The notes: generated by a model from the sequence alone, not told the origin. A stretch of 64,000 bases of DNA from Eledone cirrhosa (GCA_964016885.1 OZ024740.1:90954001-91018000); one strand, 5' to 3'. Numbered from the stretch's first letter, positions 25,701 to 39,471 are shown. Program-made: numbers and translations.

Positions 25701-26375
25701 TAGACAAGGGCTGATACACCGCTACTTGCCGAATAAGTTAGGTGAAACCCCAGTTTAATTAGGTAGATATTTCTCTTTTCTTTTCTTTTACTCTTTGTCT
25801 TCTTCTTCCCTTGTTTCTTTCCACCCCTTATTTTCTTCCTCGTCTTCTTTCCCCCTTAGCCTACGCCGATGGAGCTCATCGGGCCTTTGTAGCATCAATT
25901 CCCCCACCCCTGTAATTTTAAGCTAGAATTGGCCGAATACGTTTTACTAACTACATATAGCAGACGTGTTAATCCCATTTAATACTGTATCACTTCTGGT
26001 ACTAATCAATTTCTACAAGTTTTTTCTATTCTCAACTTATTAACCTGTAATTGTAAGATAGCATTATGAATTTCTTATTCATTTCTCACTATCTAATATT
26101 ATATTTTTTTAAATATTTATTTCTATTATCTTTTATTGTCTCCTATTCTCATTCGATTTACCTATTCTATAACCTCCCTCCTCCACTTCATACACTAGCC
26201 TTAGATCTGCTGTATAAATATCACTTTCAACGCTTGACCGCTCCACTCACTCCCCTATTATTCTACAGGCAACTTCAGTCACCCCTATCTCCCACCAAAT
26301 GCCATGATAGACTTATTTGTGTTTACAACAAATGTTAACCAATCCTCTTGACAACTACAATCTTCCCATATAAGG

Positions 26376-26481
26376 AAGTACCTCCTTAAAAAGTTCGGCT
26401 ATTTATTCACCGGGTTAAACATTCTAATTTAGTCCAGAAATAGCCGTCGAAACGGCTTGAGCTCTGTGCGGAGTCATACTT
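26376..26481 (+). ncRNA. degenerate hammerhead in the upstream pLTR
   Basis: Homologue of 29489-29596 with core TTAAAAA and a damaged stem III. Confidence 0.55.
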
Positions 26482-29400
26482 TTTACTATTTCCCACTCTA
26501 CTACCCTAAGTATTGTGTACTCTGGTGCGTTATGGTCCTTTTAGTTCCTTACCACAATTCCTTTGTTATTTAGCTCCTATCTCTGTAGTAGAGCACTTTC
26601 CGACTCTACCATGCTATATCCCGAATTTTCCACCCAGCTGAAGTTTCTTCACCCGCACGATGCGAAATAAAACATCAACTTCTCCACCAAGTACATCCCT
26701 GTATCACCGAGAAAACTGTACCTTCGGATGCTCACGCAAAAATCGACTTTTTGCGAAAAGACAATGATGGAGAACTTTTTTTCTACGATAGATACCGCGA
26801 CAATCATGATTTCGACACCAAGATGAGATTCGGAATCAATACCTACAAATCTCCCCCTCAGAAACCTATGCTCTGACCCTTCGAGAACGACCTTTTACAC
26901 CTGGACAAGAGCATTACATTTCAAACCCAGACACAACAGATTCCTACAACAACTCCGTAGCAAAATAACAGAGTATGAAAACACCAACGACATCATGGTG
27001 CACTCGGACAAAACAGGGAACCTCTACTTCGTCAACCCTGACAGATACCTCAAACTGATCAGGAGCAGCCTGATCTCCACCTATAAAAAGGCTAACCATT
27101 CAATTATCGAGGACCTAAATCGAGATGGACAACAAATTACCTCCAGCCTCAGGGTCGCCGACCGCACTGAAACCCTTGACCCAAGGACTCGCAACTTCAC
27201 ACTGAAGGACGACAAATCCGACTTCGACCGCAAACCATCGATTAGGCTTATTAACCCAACGAAGTCGGACATAGCGAGAATCAGTAAAACGATCCTAGAT
27301 CGAGTTATACCAAAAGTTAAGAAAAACACGAGACTTAGCCTATGGGTCAGTACCCAGGAAGTAATCTTATGGTTGAGGAATATGTAGGACAAACGAGACA
27401 CAAAATTCATCCAGTTTGACATAGAAGTTTCTATGCATCTATTACCTTCCTCTCCTCACGGCCGCCTTGGACTTTGCCGAAACACTCCCACCCATCACTG
27501 AGCAGGAAAGAAATATCATTCTCCACGCCAGGAAGACTGCTACTTTTCGACAACTCTAAGTGGATAAAGAGACCTTCCGACCCCCCCCCCCCCCCTTCGA
27601 CGTCAGTATGGGCGCGATGGATTCGGCTGAGGTCACAGATCTTATAGGATTATTCCTACTATTTAAACTCACTGAAATGTTTCCTGCATTCAGCGGTGGA
27701 TTGTACCGGGATGATGGGCGCCTCACCCTCAAAGGGTACAACCCAGTAGTACAGACATGGTCCGTAAACAACTAATCAAGTTCTTCGGGGACTGGGGATT
27801 TAAAATCACCCTACAAACGTCCCTAACACGAGTCAATTTCCTGGACGTTACCCTTAACCTCGAAAATGATCTGTACTACCCATATGAGAAACCAAGCGAC
27901 AACCTGCACTATATCTACCGTCGCTATAAGGATCCTAGAAACATCCCCAATAACCTGGTTAAAAATATCTCCCTCGGCATATCTCGTTTGTCTGTTAATG
28001 AGCAGATATTCGACGAACACGCGCCTCATAACAACCAGGTCCTCAAGCGGAGTGGCTTGCGGGAGGATATATCCTTTTATCCAGCTTCCCTTAGCGGATC
28101 CAGCAGGCGACACCGCCGCTCACGCGACGTAACGTGGTTCAATCCTCCCCATAATGCCGAGGTGGCAACACCTATCGGCAAAATCTTCTTTAGCCTCCTC
28201 GAAAAAGACTTCCCACTACAAAACCTCTACCACAACATGATCAACAAAAACACCAACCAACTCTCCTAAAGCACCACACCTAACTTCCCACAAAACATCG
28301 TCTCCTCAAACAACAAAAAACTGAACCCCTATGGAAGAAATAACCGAGACATCAGTGGAGAGCCGACTAGGAGGTGTAACTGCCCTGATAGATCTACGTG
28401 CCCCCTCAACAACAAATGCCGAGAACGTAACGTGATCTACCAGTACAACGTGAGGACGGACACCTCCAACAAAGCTTATATAGCATTAACCGCGTGTGAC
28501 TTCAAGAACCGGCTCTACCAACACCGACATACTTTCCGAAACCCGGTCCGGCGATATGACACTACACATTCGGGCCACATCTGGGACCTCCAAGATAATA
28601 ATTTAACCTACAATCTCACTTGGAGCTTACTGTCCAAAACTAACTGTTACACGGTAGGACGCCGTCCGTGTAGCTTATGCTCGGAGGAAACATTACAAAT
28701 GCTGTTTTCGAAGCACCAACTCCTAAACAAGAAAGAGGAACTGGTAACCGCATGCAAACACAGATTGCGTAGGACTTACCTCGCCCTCAAACCACATAAC
28801 GACCCGGGTGAGTAGACAAGGGCTGATACACCCCTACTTCCCGAATAAGTTAGGGGAAACCCCAGCTTACTTAGGTAATTGTATCTCTTTTCTTTTCTTT
28901 GCCTCTTTATCTTCTTCTTCCCCCTGTTTATTTCCACCCCCTATGTTCTTACTCATCAGCTTTTCCACTTCGCCTACCCTGATGCAGCCCATCGGGCCTC
29001 TGTAGCATCAGTTTCCCCACCCCTGTAATTTTAAGATAGAATTGGCCGAATACGTTTTACTAACTACTTATAGCAGACATGTTAAACACCTTTAATTCTG
29101 TATCACTTCTGGTACTACTCAATTTCTACAATTTTTTTTCTATTCTCAACTTATTAACCTGTAATTGTAAGATAGCATTGTGTTTTTTTTATTCATTTCT
29201 CACTATCTAATTTTATATATTTTTTTAAATCTTTCTATTATCTTTTATTGTCTCCTACTCTCATTTGATTTACCTATTCTATTACCTCCCTCCTCCACTT
29301 CTTTCAGTACCCTTAGAATATGCTGTATGCATATCATTTTCAACGCTTGAGCGTTCCACTCACTCCCCTATTGTTCTACAGGCAAGTTCAGTCACCCCTA

Positions 29401-29488
29401 CCTCCCACGAAATGCCATGATAGACTTATTTGTGTTTACAACACATGTTAACCAATCCTCTTGACAACTACACTTTTCCCATATGAGG

Positions 29489-29596
29489 AAGTACCCCCTT
29501 GAAAAGTTCGGCTATTTATTCACCAGGCTAAACATTCTAACTTAGTCCAGAAATAACCGTCGAAACGGCTTGAGCTCTGCCGTCGGGGTCATACTT
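29489..29596 (+). ncRNA. type I hammerhead with U3-A8 core variant in the PLE 3' pLTR
   Basis: aagta-c-cccc TTGAAAA gttcggctattt-(33 nt)-aaataaccgtc GAAA cggc-ttgagctct-gccg TC gggg-tca-tactt. Confidence 0.75.
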
Positions 29597-29749
29597 GTTC
29601 CTATTTCCCGCTCTACTACTCTAAGTATTGAGTACTCTGGTGCATTATGGTCCATCTGGTTCCCCACCACAATTCATTTGTTATATATATATATTCATAT
29701 ATATATGCACAAGTGATATTCAATTTGTTGGTAATTCAACAAATATAAA

Positions 29750-32455
29750 TGTTTATAACTGATTCAATGCACTCGACAGGTTTTCTGGAGTATAATATTC
29801 AATGATATTAAATAAATGGAAACTATATTTTGAAAACCATATTTATTCTATTATATATATTTCAAGGCTACCAACACTTTGGTACGCTCTCATCAGATAA
29901 AATAGAAAGTGTCTGTTTATAAATATTGACATAACCAGGAAAGAAGAACTTAACGGTTCTAGATTTTTCCTGTATAGGGAAGGAAAGAAGGGAAAGAGAA
30001 GAAAAGTCAAATATTTCAAATTATTAAGATGAGTATGCAAATGAGGTTGAGGTATAGGGCTGAAAAAAAACGTTACTTTTAGATGGTATGTAGATTTAAA
30101 TAATTATTAGGATATATTTATGTATGTATGTGTAGGAAGAAGAAAGAGTAAGAAAGAAGGTCTTGTATTTACATTAATTTAAAAAGAATTAACACTTTGT
30201 AGGAATGGTGCAATATTATTCCAGAACTTAAAAATGATTTAGCTATATTATGATTTATAATATTGTATATCTAATCAATTAGATTATATGAAGAATTATG
30301 GTTGTAAGTACATTTTATCTTATTACATTAAAACAGGTTGTAAGTATATAATTATCTATATAGATTAATAATTGCGCAAGGAAAAGCATTATTGGTGATT
30401 TTATAGAAATAAATAACAATTATTAGTTGTTTACATTTCTCATATGAGTTACGAAGGAGTTGATTTTGCATTTCACATAGAACAGATGTAGTTCAAGTTG
30501 TAAGAGGACAACAATTTGTAGATTCAAATATTTTGTTCCAACATTGAAATTGTTTTCATAATAATGTTAATTTAGCGAAGTTATATAGTTTATCATACAT
30601 GTTATAATGTTTATGTTTGCTCGATTGAAAAGGAAAAGATAACTCCAATCTTATTTGCTAAAGGTTAAATTTGATGAATGATTTACTCAGAAAGCATATA
30701 GAGAAATTAATCTTTCAAGGATGAGAGTTTCAATGACATATTGTTTTAGTCGAAAGATGTGTGAAGTTTGAAGATCAAAGAAGAGGAAAAAGTATTGTGC
30801 ATTTCGAAGAACTATCGTAAAGAGGATATCTTTCAGAATGTCAATTAAAAATTATCAATCTACATCAAAAAAATAGATTTAGAAGAGTATCATTAGGAAA
30901 ATAATGTCAAATGGTAAAAATACTAAAATTAAGAAGGAAGATCATTTAAAAAAAAATTAAATTGTTAAAGAAATACTCAGAAAATAACAGGATCATTTTA
31001 AAGGTGTATAAGATATAGCCAATTGTAATGAATATCATTAATTAAAAATACTTCTGAAAGTTGAATGTTGGCGATGTCTGCAACCAGTAAATAATTCTGT
31101 TTTAAAATTAATAGAGATTTCGCAGTTACTTATATAAACAAATCTCCTCGATACACAAATGAGATTCTTGAGAAAGCCATATTTCGGTATGCAGATGCTT
31201 TCGAAATCGTTCCCCAAGATATTGAATAGTCTATATTGTTGTCTTTTAAATTCCAAATTAAATGTGAAAGTCAAGTGGAAGATTTTTTATAGGTCCTATT
31301 TAATATATGTTTATGGTTGTACCATCGTTCTTTGAATTTTGTAGAAGTGGCACCTCTATAGTTAAATGTTTTGTCTCTAGTTTTAACTGTGCATTTATAA
31401 ATTACGTTTTTGTCTAAGCAATTATTTTGTAAAGGGCAGTTTCATTTAATTCTACATTTACCTTTTCTGGAGTTGTTATAAGGAATATTGTTGTTAGAAA
31501 TATTATTATTGCTATCTTGGTTTGTTTGGTTAGGGTTTACATTTAAGTTTCTATTATTAATTATATTTATATTTTGTGTTATGTTAATAGTAGTAGAGTA
31601 TGATAGTTTTACAGTGTTAAAAATAGAGTGGAATATGTGGGCTTTAGAAAAACACTTATCTAGTACTTTAAAAAAGCTTTGCTAAAATGTGTTTTAACGC
31701 CTAATGAGAATGGGAGAGAGTACCAAATAATATTTATAGTTTTTGTTTTTTTGTTTGGTTTACTATTTAAGTTGAATGGTTTATTGTTATTATAATGAAT
31801 TCTAAGATGATTTGTCATGTTATAGTTATCTATGTATTTAATTTTATTCGAGTATCCTGCTCTATGTAATATTCTGCCTTATTATCAAAAATATTTTTAT
31901 TAACAAAGATGCGTGAAATCCGTTGCTGGACGCTATTGACAATAGTGTTTTTTTTTATATTCCTAAGATGATTAGAATCGAAACTTACGTAATTTGGATT
32001 TAGTTCATTTTATGGAATGGATAGTAAAGACCTGAGCTAAGGTTTAATGTTACAGCTAAGATGTTAACTATTTTGTAATTATTCTCGATTTCTAAATTAA
32101 GGTTGTAGTTGTTGAAAAATTGTATTATGGATTTCCTTTTCCTATTAATTTCACTATTGCTATGGTTTTCAATTAAAAGTAACATATCGTCGCGAAATAA
32201 TCCAGTCATCTCGGGCATTTTTCTATGCAGTACATTATTTAATAAATAATCCAAAGAGGTCCGTTACTTGCGCCGAGTCAGATGATCCCATAGTGATATC
32301 AACATTTTTTTTCTGTCGGCTCTTGTCCAGAGATGATTATTAAATTCTATTAGATTATTTATTAATAATGTACTGCATAGAAAATTGCCAGAGACGACCG
32401 GGGGTTTACATCGCGACGATATGTTACTTTTAATTGATAACCATAGCAATTCACA
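29750..32455 (-). mobile_element. older AT-rich Penelope-like element (RT C-half + GIY-YIG + long 3' UTR) with a 5' inverted segment at 32350-32455
   Basis: Minus strand: DITMGSSDSAQVTDL, GLFRDDML, VTLNLSSGLYYPFHK, WYSLP, CPLQNNCLDKNVIYKC..YRGATSTKFKERWYNH. 32354-32452 is the reverse complement of 32150-32250. Confidence 0.8.
29846..29907 (-). ncRNA. type I hammerhead in the 3' UTR of the minus-strand PLE
   Basis: Minus strand: ttcta-tt-ttat CTGATGA gagc-g-taccaa-agtg-ttggta-gcctt GAAA tatat ataa-tagaa, then AATAAA. There appears to be a 1-nt deletion at the cleavage site. Confidence 0.65.
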
Positions 32456-33841
32456 ACAAACACTATATTTTTATCAATTCCACTCTTCCAAGAGCAGATC
32501 GATGATGGAGACGAATCCATAATTTATATGGATGACTGAGCGAATCCTCTGCGAAACGTGCATAACAAGCAGCATAGATTTTCAATTTAAACCCATGACG
32601 ATAAACAATACGAAGACGTAAATAGAAGAGCACCTAATTCTTTAGAAAAAAAAGAATGTATTCACATTCACACGTATTTAACCCCGTTAAATTGGAGAAT
32701 ACAACACTAGCTATTAAATAAATTTAAGAATATTAAATATAATTTAGAAAGGTTGCCTTAAAATAAGAAGTAATAATTACGGAGAAAGTAGGGGATGTGC
32801 GTTACCCTCGGGGAGTTATTTGCCGAATCATGATCTCTAAATAATCTCTTCTTAATACGACAATTAATAATAGCCTGCAATCACAAATTAAAATTGGAAC
32901 ATCAGCAGTGCATCCGAGGAGGGAGCTCCACGAGATTGAATGGCTGTTGCAGTGGGTGTTGCAGGCCTTTATTTCAGAAAATGCCTTTCAAGATTTGTCC
33001 GATTGGTGCAGCCACAAACCCGCCCCACCCTTGGCCAATAACTCATCACCTTCTCCCTTTCACCCATCCTTTCTACTTCGTCCAAAGTGTCCTTGTTTTT
33101 CCCATCATTTTTCTCACATATTTGGCATTTATAATACTTTCCTCTACATTCCCATTATGACAGATCTGCACTTCCTTAATCCTTCCAATTTTTTCTCATT
33201 ACGTAATTTTGTTTTATCTTTATTTTTCTTATTTATGTATTACCAATGATTTAAGCCAACTTGTGAGTGAAACGCATGTATTGTGAATACATCTTGATAT
33301 TTATTATTATTTAAAAAAATAATCATTCATGTTTTAGAATCTACAAATATACCTAATATTTAACACATCTAAACTATCTTCCATGCAAATAACACTGTCC
33401 CAAATATAAATATCAATATTTACGAAGAGTGCTTACGTCAGTTGCTGTTGATAATAATTTGCATTAATCTGCAAAGCTAAACAGAAGCAATTGAAAATCA
33501 GTTATATCATCTATTACCATTTATTTTTTACCCGTTTTCTTTATATTTTTTTCTTTCCATCTTTTTCTTCTTGATTTATTTTTCCTATTTATGTATTTGT
33601 ATGTACACGTGTGTGTATAGGCACCCGCGGAGACAATCAATCAAACTATTAATTAAATAATTGAGGAATTAGATAGGTGTATGCGTCTAAATATACGCAT
33701 GTATGTGTAAAGGCAAAGGTATAATTACGATGGTGGATATAATCATGTGTGTTTGTGTGTGTGTTTTCGTGTATGCATATGTATAAGTATGCATATGTAT
33801 TACACCCACACACGCGCGCGCGCGCACATACTCACACAAAT

Positions 33842-33924
<83 letters not shown>

Positions 33925-35557
33925 TAAATATATGTATATATATATGAGCAAATGTTTAGATATAAGCATTTTATAGAAGAAACTATGTACATGTTATGTA
34001 GAGAGAGATGCGACAGATACATATAGATATAGAGAGGGGGATTGTTTGGTGGTGATTGATATAGTGAGAGGGGTTGGGAGAAAGACCAGCAGATTCAACG
34101 GCGGGAGAGATAGTACTAACGAGGACCAGTTCAGTTCGATATACATCGATGATTGATCCCCTTGCTTCTGAAGGGCACCGCTGGGTGGCGTTAGCTGCCA
34201 ACGGGGTTACATAGCTACAGATTTCTAAATGTTATTTTATAAACATACCGTATTTCTTTAGAAATTCTAACTTCGAATGCATACATATATATATATATAT
34301 ATATATGTATGTACATTCATTTATTATGGCTATTGGAGAGCTTGGTTTATTTAACACCAGCCTTGCATAGAGACTACGCAGGTGAGTCTCCATAGTAACT
34401 AGGCTTAGTCATAATACATGAATATTTATACGTATCTCCATTTAATTGATAATTTATTTAGTTAATTTTTCCGGACTAAGAAAAAAAGTAGGTAACATTT
34501 TATCTGCCTGTTCTTCAAATTTATAATTATATATACATATGGATTGGGTATAATACCAGTCTCTTACTAACTGCAAAAAAGCTCGATATATTAACCCCTG
34601 AGGAAAGGGCACAGAACATAATTTCTTTTAATTATATAGATACAGTTGTAGTGTAACTGGGGCAGACATATCACCCCTCTAATAATTATATATTTTCCCA
34701 AACTAAAAAACACACACAGGTTTGGATATGCGAAACAATTTATGTACATGCTATGTTTATCGCATATGGAAGTTTATCTATTGGCTAATTTCAGGTTCCA
34801 CTCCCATCGTGTTTCTTGTATTTATATATTTATTTATTTATTTATTTATTTGTATGTATCTGATTTGTACATATGCTGTGCCGTTATTATAAATACATGG
34901 GGGGTTGGTACATGTATAAGTATACTTTTCTTTATTTAAACCAATATCTTCATCCACTAGCTTCAGCTTTCAGCGGTTACTCTGATGCACGTAGTGTAAT
35001 TGGTGTTCATTACATAATAAACTAGAACTTGGAGACCATTACGCAACTGTCCTGAGACACATGTCAGTAAATCTCCTGCATCAATCTTCAGAAAATGGTG
35101 CCTAAGTATTCAGATATGATAAGGTATAAGAGTTTACTTGACGAAATATGGAATATAAAGATGAAAGGAAAACCATGACTGAACTATATCTCAGCAAATA
35201 ATTTGTCTAAAATGTTTTCGGATTTACCATCCATTATTAAAGGAGGTTTCTATCTGGAGGGTTGCAGGAATTAGAAATTGCCTTCCTGCTCGCTCAGTTT
35301 TATTTTAATTTCGGTTGCACAATAATAGCGACCAAGAATGCATTCACTGATTTCTCAAGTCCCCTGACTACGGGCCAGAAAACTCAATCGATAGAAAATC
35401 CGAACCAAAATTGGGACTAATGAATCTTTTTCAGTATTTTCCGTCTCCAATATTTTACTTTTTACTTCATCTCCCTCAATTATCTTTGGATTTATTACCC
35501 GTGCAATTCTTACCCACCTGCACAGCACTGATTCCTAATTATATGCTTCATAATCAC

Positions 35558-35630
<73 letters not shown>

Positions 35631-35723
35631 GAAGTAATTCCGTCGGAAACATCCAGGAAAATAGAGTGCTCTATGTAGGTTACAGAGCTTAATTGTTATG
35701 TAATAAACAACATAAGGCAATTA

Positions 35724-35784
35724 TTTCATTTACCAGTGGTTTCCTGAAACCAAACAAATTTTGCTTTCAATCATCAGAATGAAA
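35724..35784 (-). ncRNA. family-A type I hammerhead, canonical core
   Basis: Minus strand: tttcatt CTGATGA ttgaaagcaaa-atttg-tttggtttcag GAAA ccactgg TA aatgaaa. Confidence 0.85.
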
Positions 35785-36127
35785 AAATCCTGGTGTATTT
35801 ATTGACATATGATTTTAAAAACAATAATATAATCTATATGAAAGTGAGGCTGGAAAAGGAAGAAGGAAAGGAAAAATAAACACACATGCACACACGCACA
35901 CACAAATACATACGCACACATATATAGATACACATATATATACATATATATACATACATATACACATATATATATATACCTATACATACATACATATATA
36001 CATATACGTACAAATACACATACATATACATATACATACATACACACATATATATCAACATATCCATACATACACATACACACACATACACAAACACACA
36101 CGCACATATATATCAACATATCCATAC

Positions 36128-36167
<40 letters not shown>

Positions 36168-36210
36168 GCACACACACATGCATATATTTATATATATATA
36201 TATATATACA

Positions 36211-36771
36211 TCTGTCTCATGGTCGGGTCGTTGGCGACTAAACTGGCAACCCCACCAAGGTCTCTTGGTGAGGAGGGTGACTTCGGACATCCTGCAGGAC
36301 TAAAAACAAAACCTGTCAAAGGGCAAATGAGCTCTTAAGAGTCAAATGCCATCCAAAATCACCGGGCGAGATGACCCATTAGCCTTTGTCAAGGCAGAAT
36401 TCTAGGAGATGGAAAACTCTGATATAACACCTGCAACCCTGATGGTATCCAATGATGTTGACTTGGTATTCTTTTTGGTAAATATCATCTTGGTTAAGAG
36501 AGTGGGACTGGCTTTGTGCAGTGCTTTGCTCACTATAAAAGCTTCATGGCACAGGCATTGCTTTATATCTGGAGATCTCTCTGCACTTGTCGTGACATGG
36601 TACCATGGACCCAGCACTATGTGTCAATAATTGTCGCAAGTGTAGTGTTTGTACCAGAGTTTTCAAGTCGCTGGCTGGACTAAAAAGTCACACTCTTTCA
36701 GCGCATCGGTAGGGGTTCTCTTACATGGATATAAATTAGTGGCCGTACTCGAAAACGAGTTGTCAGCCAAC
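36211..36771 (+). mobile_element. non-autonomous bipartite RTE-derived element (5' UTR-like part + C-terminal zinc finger/3' UTR)
   Basis: Three copies (here, 38589-39195 on -, 39472-40059 on -). The 3' part encodes [17 protein letters not shown], an RTE-type terminal C2H2. It ends in a GTGGC..CTCGAAAACGAG..GCCAC hairpin and a (TA/CATA)n tail. Confidence 0.65.
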
Positions 36772-37103
36772 ATATATACATCTATATATATATATATATA
36801 TACATACACATAAGCATACATATATGCACACGTACATAGACACATATACATACACACATATATACACGCATACATACGCATACATACGCATACACAAATA
36901 TAAATATATCTACACACACCTACATACGCACACACAGAATTAATTATAAGAACAAATATAATAAAAATACCGGCAAATAAGAATAAAACACATATGTAAA
37001 AATTATTATGAAGTTGACCGCGATACAGGTAACAAATAAATGAACAAACACACGTGGTAAGAAAGACAAACAATTGTACATACACATACATACATATATA
37101 CAT

Positions 37104-37136
<33 letters not shown>

Positions 37137-37391
37137 CATATATATACATACATATACACACACATGCATATAAATACATACATACACGTGTATGTGTGTA
37201 AAACTCATTCTTAGATGTAATTATTGAACCTTGTTTAACTCTTAAATATATATAGATATATAGATATAGATAAATTGAAACAAAATGAAAACGAAATTTC
37301 ATTTCTCACTCTTAGTATGGCACTTACTTAAATGTAAGTATGCATGTATACGTACATACATATATGTATACAGACGTACAGTAGCATGCAC

Positions 37392-37422
<31 letters not shown>

Positions 37423-37578
37423 TATACATATGCATACAGGTACACATACATATATGCACGTATCAGTTTAGCGGCGCTAACGTCGCTTTGTTCGTTTGTA
37501 AACAAACTGAACAGCCTGAATTTATGCCATACGGTGTTAAGGCAACCACGTCACCTTTTTGTTCAACACTGACACAGG

Positions 37579-37623
37579 AACGATGTACTAGTTTCAAGCT
37601 TGTTAGCTATCATCAGCACCGTT
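37579..37623 (-). ncRNA. minimal type I hammerhead (family B)
   Basis: Reverse complement of aacggtg CTGATGA tagct-aaca-agctt GAAA c-ta-g TA catcgtt. Confidence 0.9.
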
Positions 37624-37711
37624 TACCCATCTGCCAGATAGTTGAACGTTCGAAAGTATATACTTTCCTTATGAAAATTAACGGCTGAGCAGCCTATCTG
37701 GCAGATGGGTA

Positions 37712-37756
37712 AACGGTGCTGATGATAGCTAACAAGCTTGAAACTAGTACATCGTT
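37712..37756 (+). ncRNA. minimal type I hammerhead (family B)
   Basis: aacggtg CTGATGA tagct-aaca-agctt GAAA c-ta-g TA catcgtt; stem III ACTAGT is palindromic. Confidence 0.9.
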
Positions 37757-38179
37757 CCTGTGTCAGTGTTGAACAAAAAGGTGACGTGGTTGCCTTAACA
37801 CCGTATGGCTTAAATTCAGGCTGTTCAGTTTGTTTACAAACGAACAAAGCGACGTTAGCGCCGCTAAACTGATACGTGCATATATGTATGTGTACCTGTA
37901 TGCATATGTATATATATGTGTATATATATATATATACATGTGCATGCTACTGTACGTCTGTATACATATATGTATGTACGTATACATGCATACTTACATT
38001 TAAGTAAGTGCCATACTAAGAGTGAGAAATGAAATTTCGTTTTCATTTTGTTTCAATTTATCGTTTTCGGTATGCCTGACCGATTTAACTCACTCAATAT
38101 GCAAATTAGGCTGCTCAGCCGTTAATTTTCATAAGGAAAGTATATACTTTCGAACGTTCAACTATCTGGCAGATGGGTA

Positions 38180-38224
38180 AACGGTGCTGATGATAGCTAA
38201 CAAGCTTGAAACTAGTACATCGTT
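38180..38224 (+). ncRNA. minimal type I hammerhead (family B)
   Basis: Identical to 37712-37756. Confidence 0.9.
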
Positions 38225-38475
38225 CCTGTGTCAGTGTTGAACAAAAAGGTGGCGTGGTTGCCTTAACACCGTATGGCATAAATTCAGGCTGTTCAGTTTG
38301 TTTACAAACGAACAAAGCGACGTTAGCGCCGCTAAACTGATACGTGCATATATGTATGTGTACCTGTATGCATATGTATATATATGTGTATATATATATA
38401 TATATATGTGCATGCTACTGTACGTATGTATACATATATGTATGTACGTATACATGCATACTTACATAGATATAG

Positions 38476-38580
<105 letters not shown>

Positions 38581-38588
38581 CATATATA

Positions 38589-39195
38589 TGGTGGCTGCCA
38601 ACTCGTTTTCGAGTACGGCCACTACTTTATATCCATGTAGGAGAACCCCTACCGATGCGCTGAACGAGTGACTTTTTAGTCCAGCCAGCGACTTGAAAAC
38701 TCTGGTACAAACACTACACCTGTGACAATTATTGACACATAGTGCTGGGCCCATGGTACCATGTCACGACAAGTGCAGAGAGATCTCCAGATATAAAGCA
38801 ATGCCTGTGACGTGAAGCTTTTATAGTGAGCAAAGGCACTGCACAAAGCCAGTCCCACTCTCTTAACCAAGATGATATTTACCAAAAAGAAGGACAAGTC
38901 AACATCATTGGATACCATCAGGGTTGCAGGTGTTATATCAGAGTTTTCCTTCTCCTAGAATTCTGCCTTGACAAAGGCTAAGGGGTCATCTCTCCCGGTG
39001 ATTTTGGATGGCCATTGACTCTTAATAGCTCCTATTCCCTTTGACATATTTTGTTATTTGTCCTGCAGGATGTCCAAAGTCACCCTCCTCACCAAGAAAC
39101 CTTGGTGGGGTTGCCAGTTTAGTCGCCAACGACCCGACCATGAGACAGGTTGTACTGGGATACATGTTACCAGTAACACCAACTGGTGACCTGAC
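38589..39195 (-). mobile_element. RTE-derived non-autonomous element, copy 2 (longest 5' end)
   Basis: Reverse complement of 36211-36771. Confidence 0.7.
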
Positions 39196-39227
39196 ATATA
39201 TACACATATATACACATACATATATAT

Positions 39228-39270
<43 letters not shown>

Positions 39271-39272
39271 CA

Positions 39273-39320
<48 letters not shown>

Positions 39321-39471
39321 CACACATACATACATACATATATATATATACACATACATACATACATAATATATATATACACATACATACATATATACAC
39401 ATACACATACATATATATATATACACATACATATATATATATACAGATACATACATACATACATATATATA

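Larger units (their letters stand above)
24673..29683 (+). mobile_element. Penelope-like retroelement (Nematis-like, tentative): inverted RT fragment 24673-25452, upstream pseudo-LTR 25453-26570, disrupted ORF about 26660-28815, 3' pseudo-LTR to 29683
   Basis: RT motifs SDKTGNLY, RLINPTKSDI, FDIE..Y.S, DVSMGA.DSAEVTDL, GLYRDDG, FLDVTLNL, WFNPP. GIY-YIG motifs CNC..CPL..C..VIY..YIALT..FK.R..H. 25453-26570 repeats 28569-29683. Confidence 0.92.
37269..38467. mobile_element. retrozyme-like array B: 468-nt non-coding unit, about 0.9 copy (-) back-to-back with about 1.65 copies (+)
   Basis: The HHR motifs on + are 468 nt apart. Inversion junction at 37694-37696 (CTA microhomology). TA/GATA tracts on both flanks. 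Confidence 0.85.

Noticed and set aside
34594-34910. aaccc CTGAGGA ... ggggtt as an HHR with a very long stem II
   Set aside because: It needs an insert of about 280 nt and a mutated GAAA/NUH; too speculative.
39100-39195. HDV-like ribozyme at the 5' end of the RTE derivative
   Set aside because: P2/P4-like pairings are present but no convincing P1, P3 or L3.
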